Source of the DNA: Eledone cirrhosa
Taxonomy: Eukaryota
NCBI GenBank assembly: GCA_964016885.1
Contig: OZ024740.1
Span: 398,040,001 to 398,104,000, forward strand
Reading direction: 5' to 3'
Length of the DNA stretch: 64,000 nt
Part shown: positions 38,035 to 50,570 of the stretch, one piece after another
How positions within the stretch are numbered: the stretch's first letter is position 1
How the letters are laid out: the number at the start of each line of letters is the position of its first letter
Translations under genes and position numbers: made by a program
The notes under the pieces: model-generated
What the model was told of the DNA's origin: nothing
The model's database searches: none
The model's input: the letters and a program-made list of their open reading frames with translations, nothing else

Positions 38035-38436
38035 GTGGAAAAGAGGAAGGAACGAGGGAGCACCCCCTCTCTGTGCTCCTGAGGAAAAGGGTTGCACACT
38101 TTTTTCGGGGGTGTGTGCGACCCCCCAAGGCGCCTCCTCTCTATTGAGGATTTTGTTAAAAATTTTATTTTTTGTTATATCTTATTTTATTTTTATATTT
38201 TGTTATTGCCTCCTCCTTATTGAGGACGCCTTTTTGTGTAAACTCCCCCCTTTGTACTTGTCCCACTTTTGATGCCCTAGTGGCAAATAAAAGAAACATA
38301 TCTATTTATCTATCGAACTACCTAACTTAGTAAACTTACCTGCTTGTTTATGCACACAAACGTGCATAGAAAGATACACAACATATTTATATATGGGATC
38401 ACAGATGGCCGAGTGTGTGTATGTATGTATGTATAT

Positions 38437-38992
38437 GTCAGGTGGCTCTCGAGTGCTACTGGTAGCATGTAACACAGTACAACCTGTCTCATAGTCGGGT
38501 CGTCGGCGACTAAATCGTCAACCCCACCAAGCTTGCTTGGTGAGGAGGGCGGTATTTGGACACCCTGCGGGATGAAATACAAGATCCGGCGAAGGGCGGA
38601 GGAACTCAGCAGAGTCAACGGCCATCCAAATAGCAATTCTTTTTGGGGGGGAGGGAGGGGGGGGGGGGCACCTAGGAGTGAAAGTCCCCCAGTTGTTGTC
38701 ACAACACCTTTCTAAGAGAGGGAAACTGAAAAAAACTGCGGCTTTGGAAGCATCTGATGATGTTGACCAGTTCTCTTTTTCGAGCGGTGTTTTCGATGCT
38801 CAGAAAGTGGGATTGGTCGAGTGCAAGGCTTTTCCCTACTTAAAAAACCTTCAAAGCACAGGCATGGCTTGTTCAATTTATGTTACAGGTTCGTGTGGCG
38901 GGCCGTAGCCTAAAAGTGCACCAAACTCTATATTCGGACAAGCGATTGCAATACTCTTAGCAGAGTTTGCAGCCATTATGTATGTATGTATA
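38437..38992 (+). mobile_element. Non-autonomous RTE derivative in (TATG)n
   Basis: 5' part homologous to 17010; 3' end gacaagcgattgcaatactcttagcagagtt matches the RTE fragment end at 55720-55765. Confidence 0.8.
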
Positions 38993-39068
38993 CGAACGGC
39001 TTCAACTATACGAACTCTTGAAAGTCAATAGTTGACATAATCTTGTAACCTTGTATCAGTAATGACGG

Positions 39069-39101
<33 letters not shown>

Positions 39102-39112
<11 letters not shown>

Positions 39113-39373
39113 TACATGAATCAAAGTTCAGTTTAAATCATTTATTTGCTTACAATTGTTTCCTCCAAACCAAGGTTTGGATTCTTCGGAGCAACTATTT
39201 AGTGATTTTTTTACATACTTGACCTCCTTTTCAACACAAGAGACATATAAAAACATATGTATATATTGACCCACAACTAGTTGCTCCGAAGAATCCAAAC
39301 CTCGGTTTGGAGGAAACAATTGTAAGCAAATAAATGATTTAAACTGAACTTTGATTCATGTAATTTCTATATA
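39102..39373. mobile_element. Penelope-like inverted terminal structure (~95-bp arms) after (TA)n
   Basis: 39102-39197 is inverted at 39278-39373; a hammerhead core lies in each arm. Confidence 0.75.
39281..39329 (+). ncRNA. Hammerhead ribozyme (U4C core variant); antisense copy at 39146-39194
   Basis: uugcu-CCGAAGA-a UCCAAAC cucg GUUUGGA g-GAA-ACAAUUGU-A-agcaa. Confidence 0.65.
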
Positions 39374-39531
39374 ACTACTCTGTAAAACAACTGATGTTAT
39401 TACATTGAGCTATTTATCTTACTGGTAATAAGATAGTAATGAATTACTGTCTTTCACTATTTAGAGTTTAAAATATATATAACCATAAAAGGTTTTATTA
39501 TATACATAACCATAAATAGTATCCTTAATAC

Positions 39532-39580
<49 letters not shown>

Positions 39581-39641
39581 GTGAGTAGCGTGTGTGGTGT
39601 TTGTCTGTATGTATGAGTGTTGCTGTGTGCGCGCGTATGTA

Positions 39642-39673
<32 letters not shown>

Positions 39674-39727
39674 TCGTACGTATAAGTGTCAATAAGTGAT
39701 TTTTTATTTTATTTTTTTTTTTTTGCG

Positions 39728-42700
39728 CAGAGACAGAAATAATCGGGCTGGATGCCCGATCGCGCAGTTAAACCACTGGGAGTGAAGAACCCCTAGCCCT
39801 TGTCAGGGCATTCTTCTAGGAGAAGGCATCTCAGGAAACTGGGTTAACTCCGACATAAAACCTGCGGCTCAGTAGTTACCGATGATGTTGATCTTTTCTT
39901 CTTTTCGGGTTATAGCTACTGTCGCTGCTCAGAGAGTGGGATTGGCTCAGTGCACAGTCTTTCCTCACTTTAAAAATATTCGTCACGCACAGGCATTGCA
40001 GGATCGCATTAATTAATAATTATTAATAGTGTATTATTATTATTATTATTATAATTATTATTGTTACTATTATTATTACTTTTTTTTTTTTTTTTTCAAA
40101 ATTCAATGATGTTCCAGAACAATATAAAAGTGATAATTGGCAATTTAGGTTCTGGAACAAAAAAGATAATTGGCAATAAGGGCAGGGCCCCCAGGTTATC
40201 ACACCCTGGGTCCGCGCGTCATCGTGCCATTGTAATAGAGCCAAACAAGGCATTTAGTCTTGGCTGCTGGAACGTACGGACGCTGCTTGACAGAGATTCC
40301 TTGGAGCGTCCTGAACGAAGGAATGCTCTTGTTGCAAAGGAGCTTCTACGTTACGATCTTGACATCGTGGCTTTATCTGAGACGAGGTTAGCTGGAGATA
40401 GTCATCTTACAGAATTTTGTGGAGAATATACATTCTTCTGGAAAGGAAGCGATGAAGGAACCAGAAGAGAGGCTGGGGTAGGATTTGCTGTTAAGACTGT
40501 TCTTGTGAATAAATTAGAAGAATTCCCAGTAGTGATTAGTGAGCGTCTTATGTCCATGAGAATTCCGCTGGACAAAGGAAGATATGCGACCCTGGTGAGT
40601 GTGTATGCTCCAACTATGAATTCTGTCGATGAAGAAAAAGTGTCCTTTTACCATGCCTTGAAAGGTGTTTTAAGAAATATCCCTCAGGCAGACAAAGTCA
40701 TCGTGCTTGGTGACTTTAATGCTAGAGTGGGTAGGGATTTTAACACATGGAATGTAATCGGAAGTCATGGGGTGGGAAAGTGTAACAGCAATGGTATGCT
40801 TCTGCTGCAGATGTGTGAGGTTGGATCTGTGTGTTACCAACACCATGTTCCAACAAAAGAACAAATTCAAGACCACATGGATGCATCCTGCATCTAAGGA
40901 ATGGCATCTTTTGGACTACGTCCTAGTCAGGATGCGTGACAGACAGGATGTGCAGTGTGTTCGTGCTCTTCGTGGAGCTGAGTGCTGGACGGACCACCGC
41001 ATGGTGCGCGCAAAAGTGAAACTAATCACTAAACGTAAAATCTGGGCTTCTGGTGTTGCCCTGCTCAAAAGATTGAATGCTGCTCGTCTTAAGGATAAAA
41101 ATGTGAAGAGGACATTGGAAGAAGAGATGCAGGCTGCAGATTTTGGTTGAGATTGGCCTACCCTTAAAAAGTCGGTTTATGATGTAGGCAGGCGTGTTCT
41201 GGGATTGGTGCAGAGAAAACATCAGGACTGGTTTAATGAGAATGATGTACATATAGAAGACTTGTTGGCTGATAGGAGGCGTGCTCTGTCACGCTACTTG
41301 ACGGCAAAACCACGTTGCATGAGGAACTCAGGGATGTAAAATCACGTGTTAGGCGGAGTCTTTCTCAAATGAAGGATCAGTGGTGGAGTGAGAAGGCTGG
41401 TGAGATACAAACTGCGTCAGATTCCAATAACACAAAGCTGTTGTACAGTCTCTTGCGTGAGGTTTATGGACCGTCTTCTCTGGTGACACCGCTTCGCAGC
41501 AAGGATGGCAAAGAACTTCTTCGTGACTCACAAGGAATTCTACGAAGGTGGCGAGAGCACTTTGATGATCTTTTGAATCAGCCGTCAGTCGTCAGTGAAG
41601 ATTTCCTCAATCTCATTCCAGAAAGTCCTGTGAAAGTAGCTCTCGCAGAACCTCCGACGCTTGTGGAGGTTGCAGTGGCAATCTCGAAGCTGAACAGTGG
41701 AAGGTCTCCAGGTATGGATGGCATACATGCTGAGCTCCTACAATATGGTGGTGAGAGACTCCTGCAACATCTTCACTCTTTGTTTGGCAGGATATGGGCA
41801 AATGAATCCGTACCTGAGGACTGGAGAGATGCAGTAATGGTGGTCTTGTACAAGGGAAAGGGTAACAGGAATGATTGTGGGAACTACAGAGGTATAACAT
41901 TGCCTTCTGTCGTAGGGAAAGTTTTATGTAGGGTGCTTCTGGACCGTCTGCTGACACACATTGCAGATTGTGTTCTTCCTGAAAGTCAATATGGTTTTCG
42001 TGCTGGACGCGGCACTACTGATATGATCTTCTCAGCTAGACAGCTCCAGGAGAAGTGCATAGAAAAAGGTTTGGATCTGTATCAGGTTTTTGTCGATCTG
42101 ACAAAAGCTTTCGATACTGTTAACAGAAATGCATTATGGAAGGTTCTCCAGAAACTTGGTTGACCTGATAAGTTCCTTGCTTTAGTTAGGTCTTTCCATG
42201 ACAACATGAAGGCTTGGGTTAATGTCGGAGGTAACATGTCGGAGCCTATCTCAGTAAAAAAAAATGGAGTGAAACAGGGGGGATATTCCAGCACCGACCC
42301 TGTTTGTCATATACTTTGCAATGGTTTTCTGTATTGCATTCAGGAATTGCGAGCATGGTGTTTACATCCGATATCGAACCTCAGGCAGCATATTTAACAT
42401 CAGGCGCTTTGCTGCAAAGACAAAAGTATTTACATCAATCATAAGAGACCTCTTATATGCAGATGATTGCGATCTTGTAGCGCACACAGAGAGTGATATG
42501 CAGCACATTTTGAATGCATTTTCTGACGCTTGCACTGCCCTAGGATTGACTGTCAGTCTCAAGAAAACCGTCGTCAGGTACCAACCTGCCTCTGGTAAGC
42601 AGTGCAGAAACCAAATATCTATGTGTATGGTAAACGACTTGGAATGGGTGATCAGTTTGTCTACCTGGGAAGCACTGTCAATCGATACAGCAACCTTGAT

Positions 42701-43845
42701 AGTGAAATCTCACTTAGGATTAGGAAAGCAAGTGATACTTTCGGAAAGCTAGAAAGGCGACTCTGGGGTCGGCGAGACATATGCAAGAAGACAAAGGTAA
42801 AGGTGTACAAGGCATGCGTACTCTCTTCTCTTCTTTATGCCTGCGAGACCTGGGTCACATATCGACACCACCTTAAGCAATTGGAGCGTCTCCATCAGAT
42901 GTGTCTCAGACGGATCCATGGCGTTCACTGGAGGGACCACATCAGTGATATCGAGATTTTGGAAAGCTCTATGTGTGACAGTATAGAAGCTCTTGTGCTT
43001 AAGCAACGACTCCGTTGGAGTGGTCACCTTGCCAGGATGAAGGATTCTAGAATACCAAAACAACTCTTTTATGGAGAGTTAGTTAAAGGAAAACGACCGC
43101 CACATAAACCAAAAAAAGAGGTATAAGGATTCCTTGAAAGCCTCTTTGAAAGACACAAACATCTCTGCTGATACACGAGAAAATATTGCTGATGATCGTA
43201 ATAAATGGAGAAAGACTGTATATGAGGGAAAAGTTGCCTTTGAGGCATCTCGAATCGCATACGAGAAAGTAAAGCGGGGTGTGAGGAAGGGCATTGCTGT
43301 TGCACTTCCAGACGGCGAGGGTCCTCCCATGGTGCTGACATGCAGCGTCTGTGCGAGACTCTGCCTAAGCAAAGCTGGACTCGAAAGTCATCTTCGCAGT
43401 CATAAAGTAAGACCAGTGGTTGACTACCAGGCTGCTGTTGGAGATGCTACTCATCATGCTTGCCAAACATGTGGTAGAGAATGTAAATCAGCAGGAGGGC
43501 TCAAGCGACATGCATAGGTACATGAACTCTAACCACAGCCGGCTATTCCCAGTGAATGTTTTGGTTGCCGACTCTGTGCAAGACATTTTAGATCATTGGC
43601 TGGGCTAAAAAGCCACATTCGATCGCAGCGCTGTTAGTTGCTATCGTGTGTGTGTGTGTAGGTGTGTTTGTGTGTGTGCGTGTGTGTATATATATATGTA
43701 TATGTATATTATTATTGTTGTTGTTGTCGTTATTATTATTATTAATATTATTATTATTATTATTATTGTTAATATATATGTATATATAAATTTTTTTTTT
43801 CGTGCAATGGCCATACTCGATAACGAGAGGGCAGCCATCATGTAT
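39728..43845 (+). mobile_element. Full-length RTE (BovB-like) LINE, decayed, with (TATG)n tail
   Basis: 5'UTR, a single APE-RT ORF, C2H2 fingers, 3' stem-loop actcgataacgag, (TATG)n at 43840-43921. Confidence 0.92.
40107..43637 (+). pseudogene. RTE ORF (APE + RT + three C2H2 fingers), frameshifted
   Basis: WNVRTL, LSETR, VYAPT, GDFNARVG, WTDH; SPGMDG, NYRGITL, ESQYGFR, KAFDTV, GVKQG, YADD, YLGS; CSVCARLCLSKAGLESHLRSH, CQTC..H, CRLC..H. Confidence 0.92.
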
Positions 43846-43938
43846 GTATGTATGTATGTATGTATGTATGTATGTATGTATGTATGTATGTATGTATGTA
43901 TGTATGTATGTATGTATGTATGGATGGATGTATGTTAT

Positions 43939-44113
43939 GTCAAGTCACTCTTGAGAGCTACTGGTAACATGTAACTCAATACAACCTGTCGCATGGTTGG
44001 GTCGTCGGGGACTAAACCGGCAACCCCACCAAGTTTACTTGGTGAGGAGGGTGATTTTGGACACTCTGCAGGATAAAAAATAAGAACTCTTAAAAGTCAA
44101 CGGCCATCCAAAA
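43939..44113 (+). mobile_element. 5' fragment of the RTE-derivative family
   Basis: Homologous to 17010-17200; begins right after (TATG)n. Confidence 0.75.
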
Positions 44114-44255
44114 GTGTGTAATATATATATATATATATATATATAAAGAATTAGTATATCTACCAACATATGTATACAGATGCATATCTATGCTAGCAAA
44201 TATATATGTTTTGTCTTAGTAACTTTGCGGTTCTATGCAAGGGGATGCAGAACAA

Positions 44256-44356
44256 TTATATGAAAGACGTAAATAAGAAAGTTATGAAAATTGACTTACT
44301 TACTAAAATTTTAGTAAGTAAATTTTCATAACTTTCTTATTTACGTCTTTCATATA
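44256..44356. repeat. ~45-bp-arm palindrome next to (TA)n
   Basis: tatatgaaagacgtaaataagaaagttatgaaaatt ... aattttcataactttcttatttacgtctttcatata. Confidence 0.85.
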
Positions 44357-44370
44357 TATATATATATTTA

Positions 44371-44562
44371 TAGAAATGGTTACACAACAGTTAGTTCACC
44401 ATACCGAGAACAATTGTTTCACCTTAGCGGATCCTCAGCTGGTAATGGACATGGTTATACGGAATATGTTCCGTATAACCATGTCCATTACGAGCTGAGG
44501 ATCCGTTAAGGTGAAACAATTGTTCTCGGCATGGTGAACTAACTGTTGTGTAACTACTTCTA
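44371..44562. mobile_element. Penelope-like palindrome (~95-bp arms) with a hammerhead in each arm
   Basis: Near-perfect inversion centred at ~44467. Confidence 0.75.
44491..44528 (+). ncRNA. Hammerhead ribozyme; antisense copy at 44405-44442
   Basis: cgag-CUGAGGA-u CC guuaa GG u-GAA-ACAAUUGU-U-cucg. Confidence 0.7.
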
Positions 44563-44772
44563 CCTAACTCGTCCCATGGACTGAGTGCTCTACCACTACG
44601 GATATTACCTTCCTGTGTTCTACCACTATATATATTTATATATATATATATATATATTTATATATACATATATACATACACATACATGTATGTATGTGTA
44701 TGTATGTATGTATGTATATATATATCTATATCTATATATGTATATACATGTATGCATGTGTATGTATATGCA

Positions 44773-45100
44773 CGGGAACATAGAAATAATCGGGCTGGAT
44801 ACCCGATCGCGCGGTTAAACCACTGTGAGTGAAGGATTACTAGCTTCTGTCAGAGCATTCTTCTAGGAGAAGGCAACTCAGGAAACTGAGATAACTCAGA
44901 CATAAAACCTGCGATGATGTTGATCTTTTCCTCTTTCGGGTCATAGCTACTGTCGTACAGAGAGATTGGCTCAGTGCAGTCTTTCTTCACTTAAAAAAAA
45001 ATCTTCACGCACAGGCATTGCACGATAGCATTAATTGATAATTATTAATAATGTTATATCGTTCAATTCTCGATAACGAGAGGGCAACCATCATCATGTA
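44773..45100 (+). mobile_element. Short RTE derivative (5'UTR of the 39728 element joined to its 3' end)
   Basis: Matches 39730-40030 and then ctcgataacgagagggcaaccatcatcatgtatg. Confidence 0.85.
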
Positions 45101-45160
45101 TGTGTGTTGTATGTTTGTATGTGCGTTGAGAATGCCAGATAGTTATTTTTGGATTTGTAT

Positions 45161-45367
45161 CCGTCATCAGTGACATTTACTCACTTGCGACTGAGATTAG
45201 ATAAGCTAAAGCCTATATGTTTTTTTAGTATGATAACTTCGGCTGGAGATACATTACATTCCAATGAGCATCTCTAGCTGAAGTTATCAAACGCAAAAAA
45301 AACAACACCATATAGGTTTTAGCCTATTTTATCTCAGTAGCAAGTGAGTAAATGTCTCTGATGACGG
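45161..45367. repeat. Imperfect long palindrome ending in a truncated hammerhead-like CUGAUGA-cggu..accg
   Basis: ccgtcatcag..acatttactcacttgc ... gcaagtgagtaaatgt..ctgatgacgg. Confidence 0.6.
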
Positions 45368-46216
45368 TTGGTATGCTCACCGCTACTGAGATAGAAGTGA
45401 CATGATCGCTTCTTCTATTTTTAAAATTCATAGCGAGACTCTCGTATCTTTATTATACATAAATGTATCTTATATGCTTTTCATGCTCACCGTTATGATG
45501 AAAGAAAAACGCTATGTTAGTGCCACTTCTAATTAATTACCCCCATATATATTTATGTGTGTGTGTGTGTGTGTGTGTGTTGTATATAAATATATTCTTT
45601 AAAAAACAAAACAACAAAACGGCCATTTTACAATTGTCGTCATAATTCTTTTAACATTTTTTCCCAAACAAAGAAAGTGAAACATAAAAATCTCAGATTG
45701 ACTTTTCACTCTGAAGTTTATTCTTTCTAGTCAATTCAATGATTAACAAGATAACAGCTTGTAAGTTATAGACATTTCCAACAACTATTCCATATGAATA
45801 CATGAAACAGCTTAACGGTATAAAATCGTTGGGTGTAACACCTAACAGATTGAACATTCAGTTTTCTACGTAAAGTCAATGAATGCGTGTTGTTATTTAA
45901 TATGTACTGCTATAGATTGTAAACAGAAACAGCCGGAGAAGAACAATCAAATCTATACAAATAACCCTGTTTATCGGTATAAACATTTCACTCTCAGTCC
46001 TTTCATCCACTTGACAATGTAGTTTAAACAAACAAAAAACAAAAAGCAAAAAAAAAAAAGAACACATTTTAAAATTCAATAAGATCTGATAGAATAGCTA
46101 ATTATCGATTTAACGTTAATGCAATCAAAACAGGTTTAATGTCATGTTTGTAAGATTTCTTGTTCAAGAACTTTCTGGAAGTCTCAAATAGTTTCCAATT
46201 AGAGTAATCCTAAATT

Positions 46217-46402
46217 ATAATTGTTTCTACTTTAGGCACAAGGCCAGCAATTACTCAGTACATTACTGGTACTTTATTTTATCGACCCCGTAAGGATGAA
46301 AGGCAAAGTTAACCTCGACGGGATTTGAACTCAGACCGTAAAGGGAGTAACTATGCTAGAAATCATGGCGTCCAACCCTCCACCGATACTGCCAATCCAC
46401 GG
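46217..46402 (-). mobile_element. tRNA-derived SINE
   Basis: Full family sequence on the minus strand. Confidence 0.85.
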
Positions 46403-47185
46403 CCTGATGTGTAATTAGCTGAAACAGTAACGACAAAATTATCTATGATAGATGCAGAGTTTTTTTTTATTTTGTTTTTAATGTAGTTGCACTTAACCTG
46501 ATAAGTAAGGAAAAATTCACTTTGATAATTCAGTATTATTTACATATGGTATAATGTTTATAATTTAAAGTCGTTTATACATTTTCTTAGTGTCGAGATT
46601 GATTTCTAGCATTTATTTATCCATTTATGTGAGTTAAATGTCATTTATCTATTTAGTTAGTTGCTACAAAAAAGATTTCTATGACACTCGGGTTAGAACA
46701 TGTGATTAAATTCTCTCAATGGTTTTTGTGTGGGTTCAGTGAGATTGCATCATATCACTGCTAATCCATAGCTAGCATCTTGTTAGAATCTTTACTGATA
46801 TGTTTACGGGCGTTATGGGACTTAAATCTTCTATTACATTTGCTTCACCATGTTATTTTTCAATACTATCAACAATTTCCGACTCAGCAACAAGCAAGGT
46901 TTTTTGTCAGTAATCAATTGGGATAAATATTGATGAAAACGGGCGCAAACATTTCTGGCGTATACGAATAAAATTCGTAAAGTAGATTCTCTAGTCTAAC
47001 AACTCACATCTAGAGCAGTTATCCGTGATTTCAAGATCAGATCTAGATCAGAAACTGGATGCGTCTCTTATCTTTAGTGAAAGCACCGAATTTATTAATT
47101 GCATATGTTTAACCCGAAACTGTGGATATCCAGAAACAACACGTGAATGTCCAACGGAGGGGAAAATCAGTATAATCCTTAAGAG

Positions 47186-47361
47186 CAGGCATGTCGAACT
47201 GAGGGGCCCCCGAGGGCGACATGGGTCACTTATGTGTTGCCTGAGGGCCACATACGACAACTAATTGCGCACATTACAAATCATTTTTCTTATTTTTACA
47301 AAGATAAAACATACCCGCGCTATAAAAATCTTTGTGTGGGCTGCAGGTGTGCTAATTCCTG
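47186..47361. mobile_element. Possible hAT-type MITE
   Basis: caggcatgtcgaac ... gtgtgctaattcctg; TSD not evident. Confidence 0.35.
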
Positions 47362-48012
47362 ATCAAACCAACCTAAAACTAGAACCTGTACAAGACGAAA
47401 GAAAGGCATGGATATGGCATGTATTGATTACTAGAATGCTTTTAATACTTTTCTACACCTGCAGAGTCTGTAAATATTAGCCACGAATTACCAAGTAATA
47501 CATAATGCATGTCATGACTAAATGGAGACAATTCTGCAAGAACAATTATAAGTGGAAATTATAAAAACGAAACACAGTCCTGCCAGTAAATGTAGATTCC
47601 AAGGGGACTCTTCTTTTCAATTCTATTTCTGCTTAATGTTAACACTTTTAAAACCAACATTCTCAAACAGACTGGACTCAGATACAAATGTTATGGGAAG
47701 ACAATTGGCCATCATTTCTATATAGATGACCCATGCTGTATTCTGTAGATGACAAACAACCGGAAACATTGTTACAAACAATAAATGATTCAGTAGGGGA
47801 AATAACATAAAGTACGCTTTACAAAAATACCCCAAGACAAATTCAAAGAAAATTAATTTAAAAAAAAACAAAAACAAAAACAAAAAAAAATACTAACACC
47901 TTGTTATATAAAGAAACGGCGATATAGACAAAACAGACTTAGGAATTTATGAAACAGAGTAAAACACACACCAAGGAAAGAATATGTTAAGGAGAAATAG
48001 TCGCAATAAATT

Positions 48013-48200
48013 AATAATTGTTTCTACTTTTAGCACAAGGCCAGCAATTACCCAGTACATTACTGGTACTTTATTTTATCGACCCCCGTAAGGATGAAAA
48101 GCAAAGTTAACCTTGGCGGAATTTGAACTCAGACCATAAAGGGCTGTAACTCTTTGCTGCAAACCATGGCGTCCGACCCTCTATCGATACTGCCAATCCA
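48013..48200 (-). mobile_element. tRNA-derived SINE
   Basis: Same family as 46217. Confidence 0.85.
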
Positions 48201-48372
48201 ATAATACAGTTAACCTCCAAAAATAGGTAATAGATATCAATACTCTAGTTGTTGCAGTAAAAAAATTAGTTATAATATTCTCAATTAGAAGCTAAGGTAA
48301 TTAATAAGATGAGACAGAAAAAGAACATATAATGATTATATTTAGAATACGTCACCTAAATGTCGAAATAGA

Positions 48373-48585
48373 ATTGGCAGTATCGGTAGAGCGTCAGACG
48401 CCATACTTTGCAGCAATGAGTTACGGCTCTTTATGATCTGAGTTCAATCCCTCCGAGATTAACTTTGCCTTTCATCCTTACGGGGTCGATAAAATAAAGT
48501 ACCAGCCAGCGCACAGGGGTCGATTTAATCGACTTTCCCCCTCCCCCAAATTGCTGGCCTTGTGCCTAAATAAGAAACCATTATT
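48373..48585 (+). mobile_element. tRNA-derived SINE
   Basis: A-box tggcagtatcgg, B-box gagttcaatccc, family body. Confidence 0.85.
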
Positions 48586-49035
48586 TTTCCACTATTACAG
48601 GAATTAGAAATCTACAATTATAAAATTATTATCAAATATCTATTGTAGGACCACAAAAATGTCTAGTAAAGAATAAAGAAAATTACAATACAAATACATA
48701 GAAAAATATGTACAGAACATACCACTGTTTTCAGTGCAGCATTCAAAGAACCAAGCAAATATAACACAGAAACTGCAATTACAGACAGCCGTGGAAAGAA
48801 GCAACAACAGAAACTATACAAATTTAAAAGCTAAACTGAACATGGGATTACAAAATAACATTTTAAGATGTTGGCAAGAAAATTCCCTACATGTAAAATA
48901 TTTAACATCACTGAACAAAGCAAAATCAATAAAGAAAAAATATCAATACTGGTTGTAAAGCAAAAGACTCAAAGCTTAGACCGGAAGGATTTTGATCTTA
49001 GTACAAGACAAAGCCTTCTCATCAGAATATGTCAA

Positions 49036-49133
<98 letters not shown>

Positions 49134-49537
49134 AAGGAGTTATTTGTTTTGTTGATTATTCAACAAAGTTAATTTATAACAGATTAGAAGCACTCAACAG
49201 TATACTTTTCTGGAGTATAATTAATATCAATAATATTAATAAATGGAAAATATCATTAAAATGTTTCATTAAAATTTCATTAAAATATTTCTATAAATAT
49301 TCCGAAAGTAATTTTAAATATTTTTTCTTCAATTTTAATAGCAAACCTCTTTTAAAAAACAATTTAGATAATTATTTAAAATATATCTAGCGTCTAAACT
49401 TAAAGGTCCTTTTCAGTTTTAACATTATCCTCATTAGTATATTTATCCTGAGTTTTGAATATTTATTTACTATCCACAATGAACTCATAACATTAAGTTT
49501 ATATGAAGATATGTCATTATCTTTAAACCAAATATTG

Positions 49538-49598
49538 TATTTTATCTGACGAAAGCGTACCAAAATATTGGTACCCTTGAAATATGTATAATAAAATA
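49538..49598 (+). ncRNA. Hammerhead ribozyme in a (TA)n-flanked Penelope-like remnant (49130-49650)
   Basis: uauuuuau-CUGACGA-AAG c GUACCAA aaua UUGGUAC c CUU-GAAAU augu AU-A-auaaaaua; related to the 51.4-51.9 kb element. Confidence 0.75.
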
Positions 49599-49751
49599 AA
49601 TATGGTTTTATAATGATATTTTCCATTTATTAATATTATTGATATATATATAACGAAGGAGTTGTGGTAAGGAACTAGATGGACCATAACGCACCAGAGT
49701 ACTCAATACTTAGGGTAGTAGAGTGGGTAATAGGAAAAACCATGACTTTTT

Positions 49752-49838
<87 letters not shown>

Positions 49839-50291
49839 GTGCTGAGACCGAGGAGACCACTAATCATGTGAGCACACGATACATGGGGAGATGTAGAGTG
49901 GGTATAGAGATATGTAAAATCCCGACTGCGGCGTCAAATGGTTTCGGCTTGTTTGTTCAGCAAGCTTTTCAAATGGTGTAGTAACATTTGTACGGTATGA
50001 AAAAATAGGTAACGTCTTCGTATTGCTGTATTCACCCCACATGTTTATATAGATAGGGAGTTAATCTTCTTTGCAATTCACTAGTGTTAATTCAGTACCT
50101 AACGAGGAAGTTAGGGAGCCTCAATGAAGTCGCTCTTCTTGCTATATATCAACTAAATCTCCCACAAATTAGAATAAATGACACGCTGGATAATGTAGGC
50201 CAAGATAAGTAGGAACAGCTTCTGTCATGTCGGCTGAATGATAGCTGTCAATAAAGTTAAGAATTAGTTTAACTCCTGCATTTCAAATGTG

Positions 50292-50570
50292 AAGGCGCGT
50301 GGTTGAGTGGTTAGGGTGTTCAGCTAACAAATATAAGATCATGAGTTCGATTGCCAGACCGCCAACACGCAATACTCAGTCCACTCAGCTGGCAAAAATG
50401 TGTTGTATTTGTTATTTAATGGGCGAGCCTTGTCACACACTGTGTCATGCAGAATCTCTCTGTAAACTACGTTATGGTTATATAGGTGTCTATGCCAGGT
50501 ACACATTAATAGCAAGCTGTTATGTTGATTGAAACATCTCGAACATTCGTCGTCGGTAACGGTGGAAGTT
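50292..50570 (+). mobile_element. tRNA-derived SINE (second family)
   Basis: A-box tggttgagtgg, B-box gagttcgattgcc, body cagtccactcagctggcaaaaatg. Confidence 0.7.

Larger units (their letters stand above)
32506..38312 (+). mobile_element. Tx1 copy D (full-length, intact ORF2)
   Basis: 5'UTR, ORF1, open ORF2, 3'UTR, tatctatttatctatc end. Confidence 0.95.
47365..49035 (+). mobile_element. Degenerate Dong/R4-like (RLE) non-LTR retrotransposon fragment
   Basis: MACIDY..AF, FQGDS, L.QTGLRY..TIGHHFYIDD, WQENSLH.KY, ..VQDKA; interrupted by SINEs. Confidence 0.7.
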
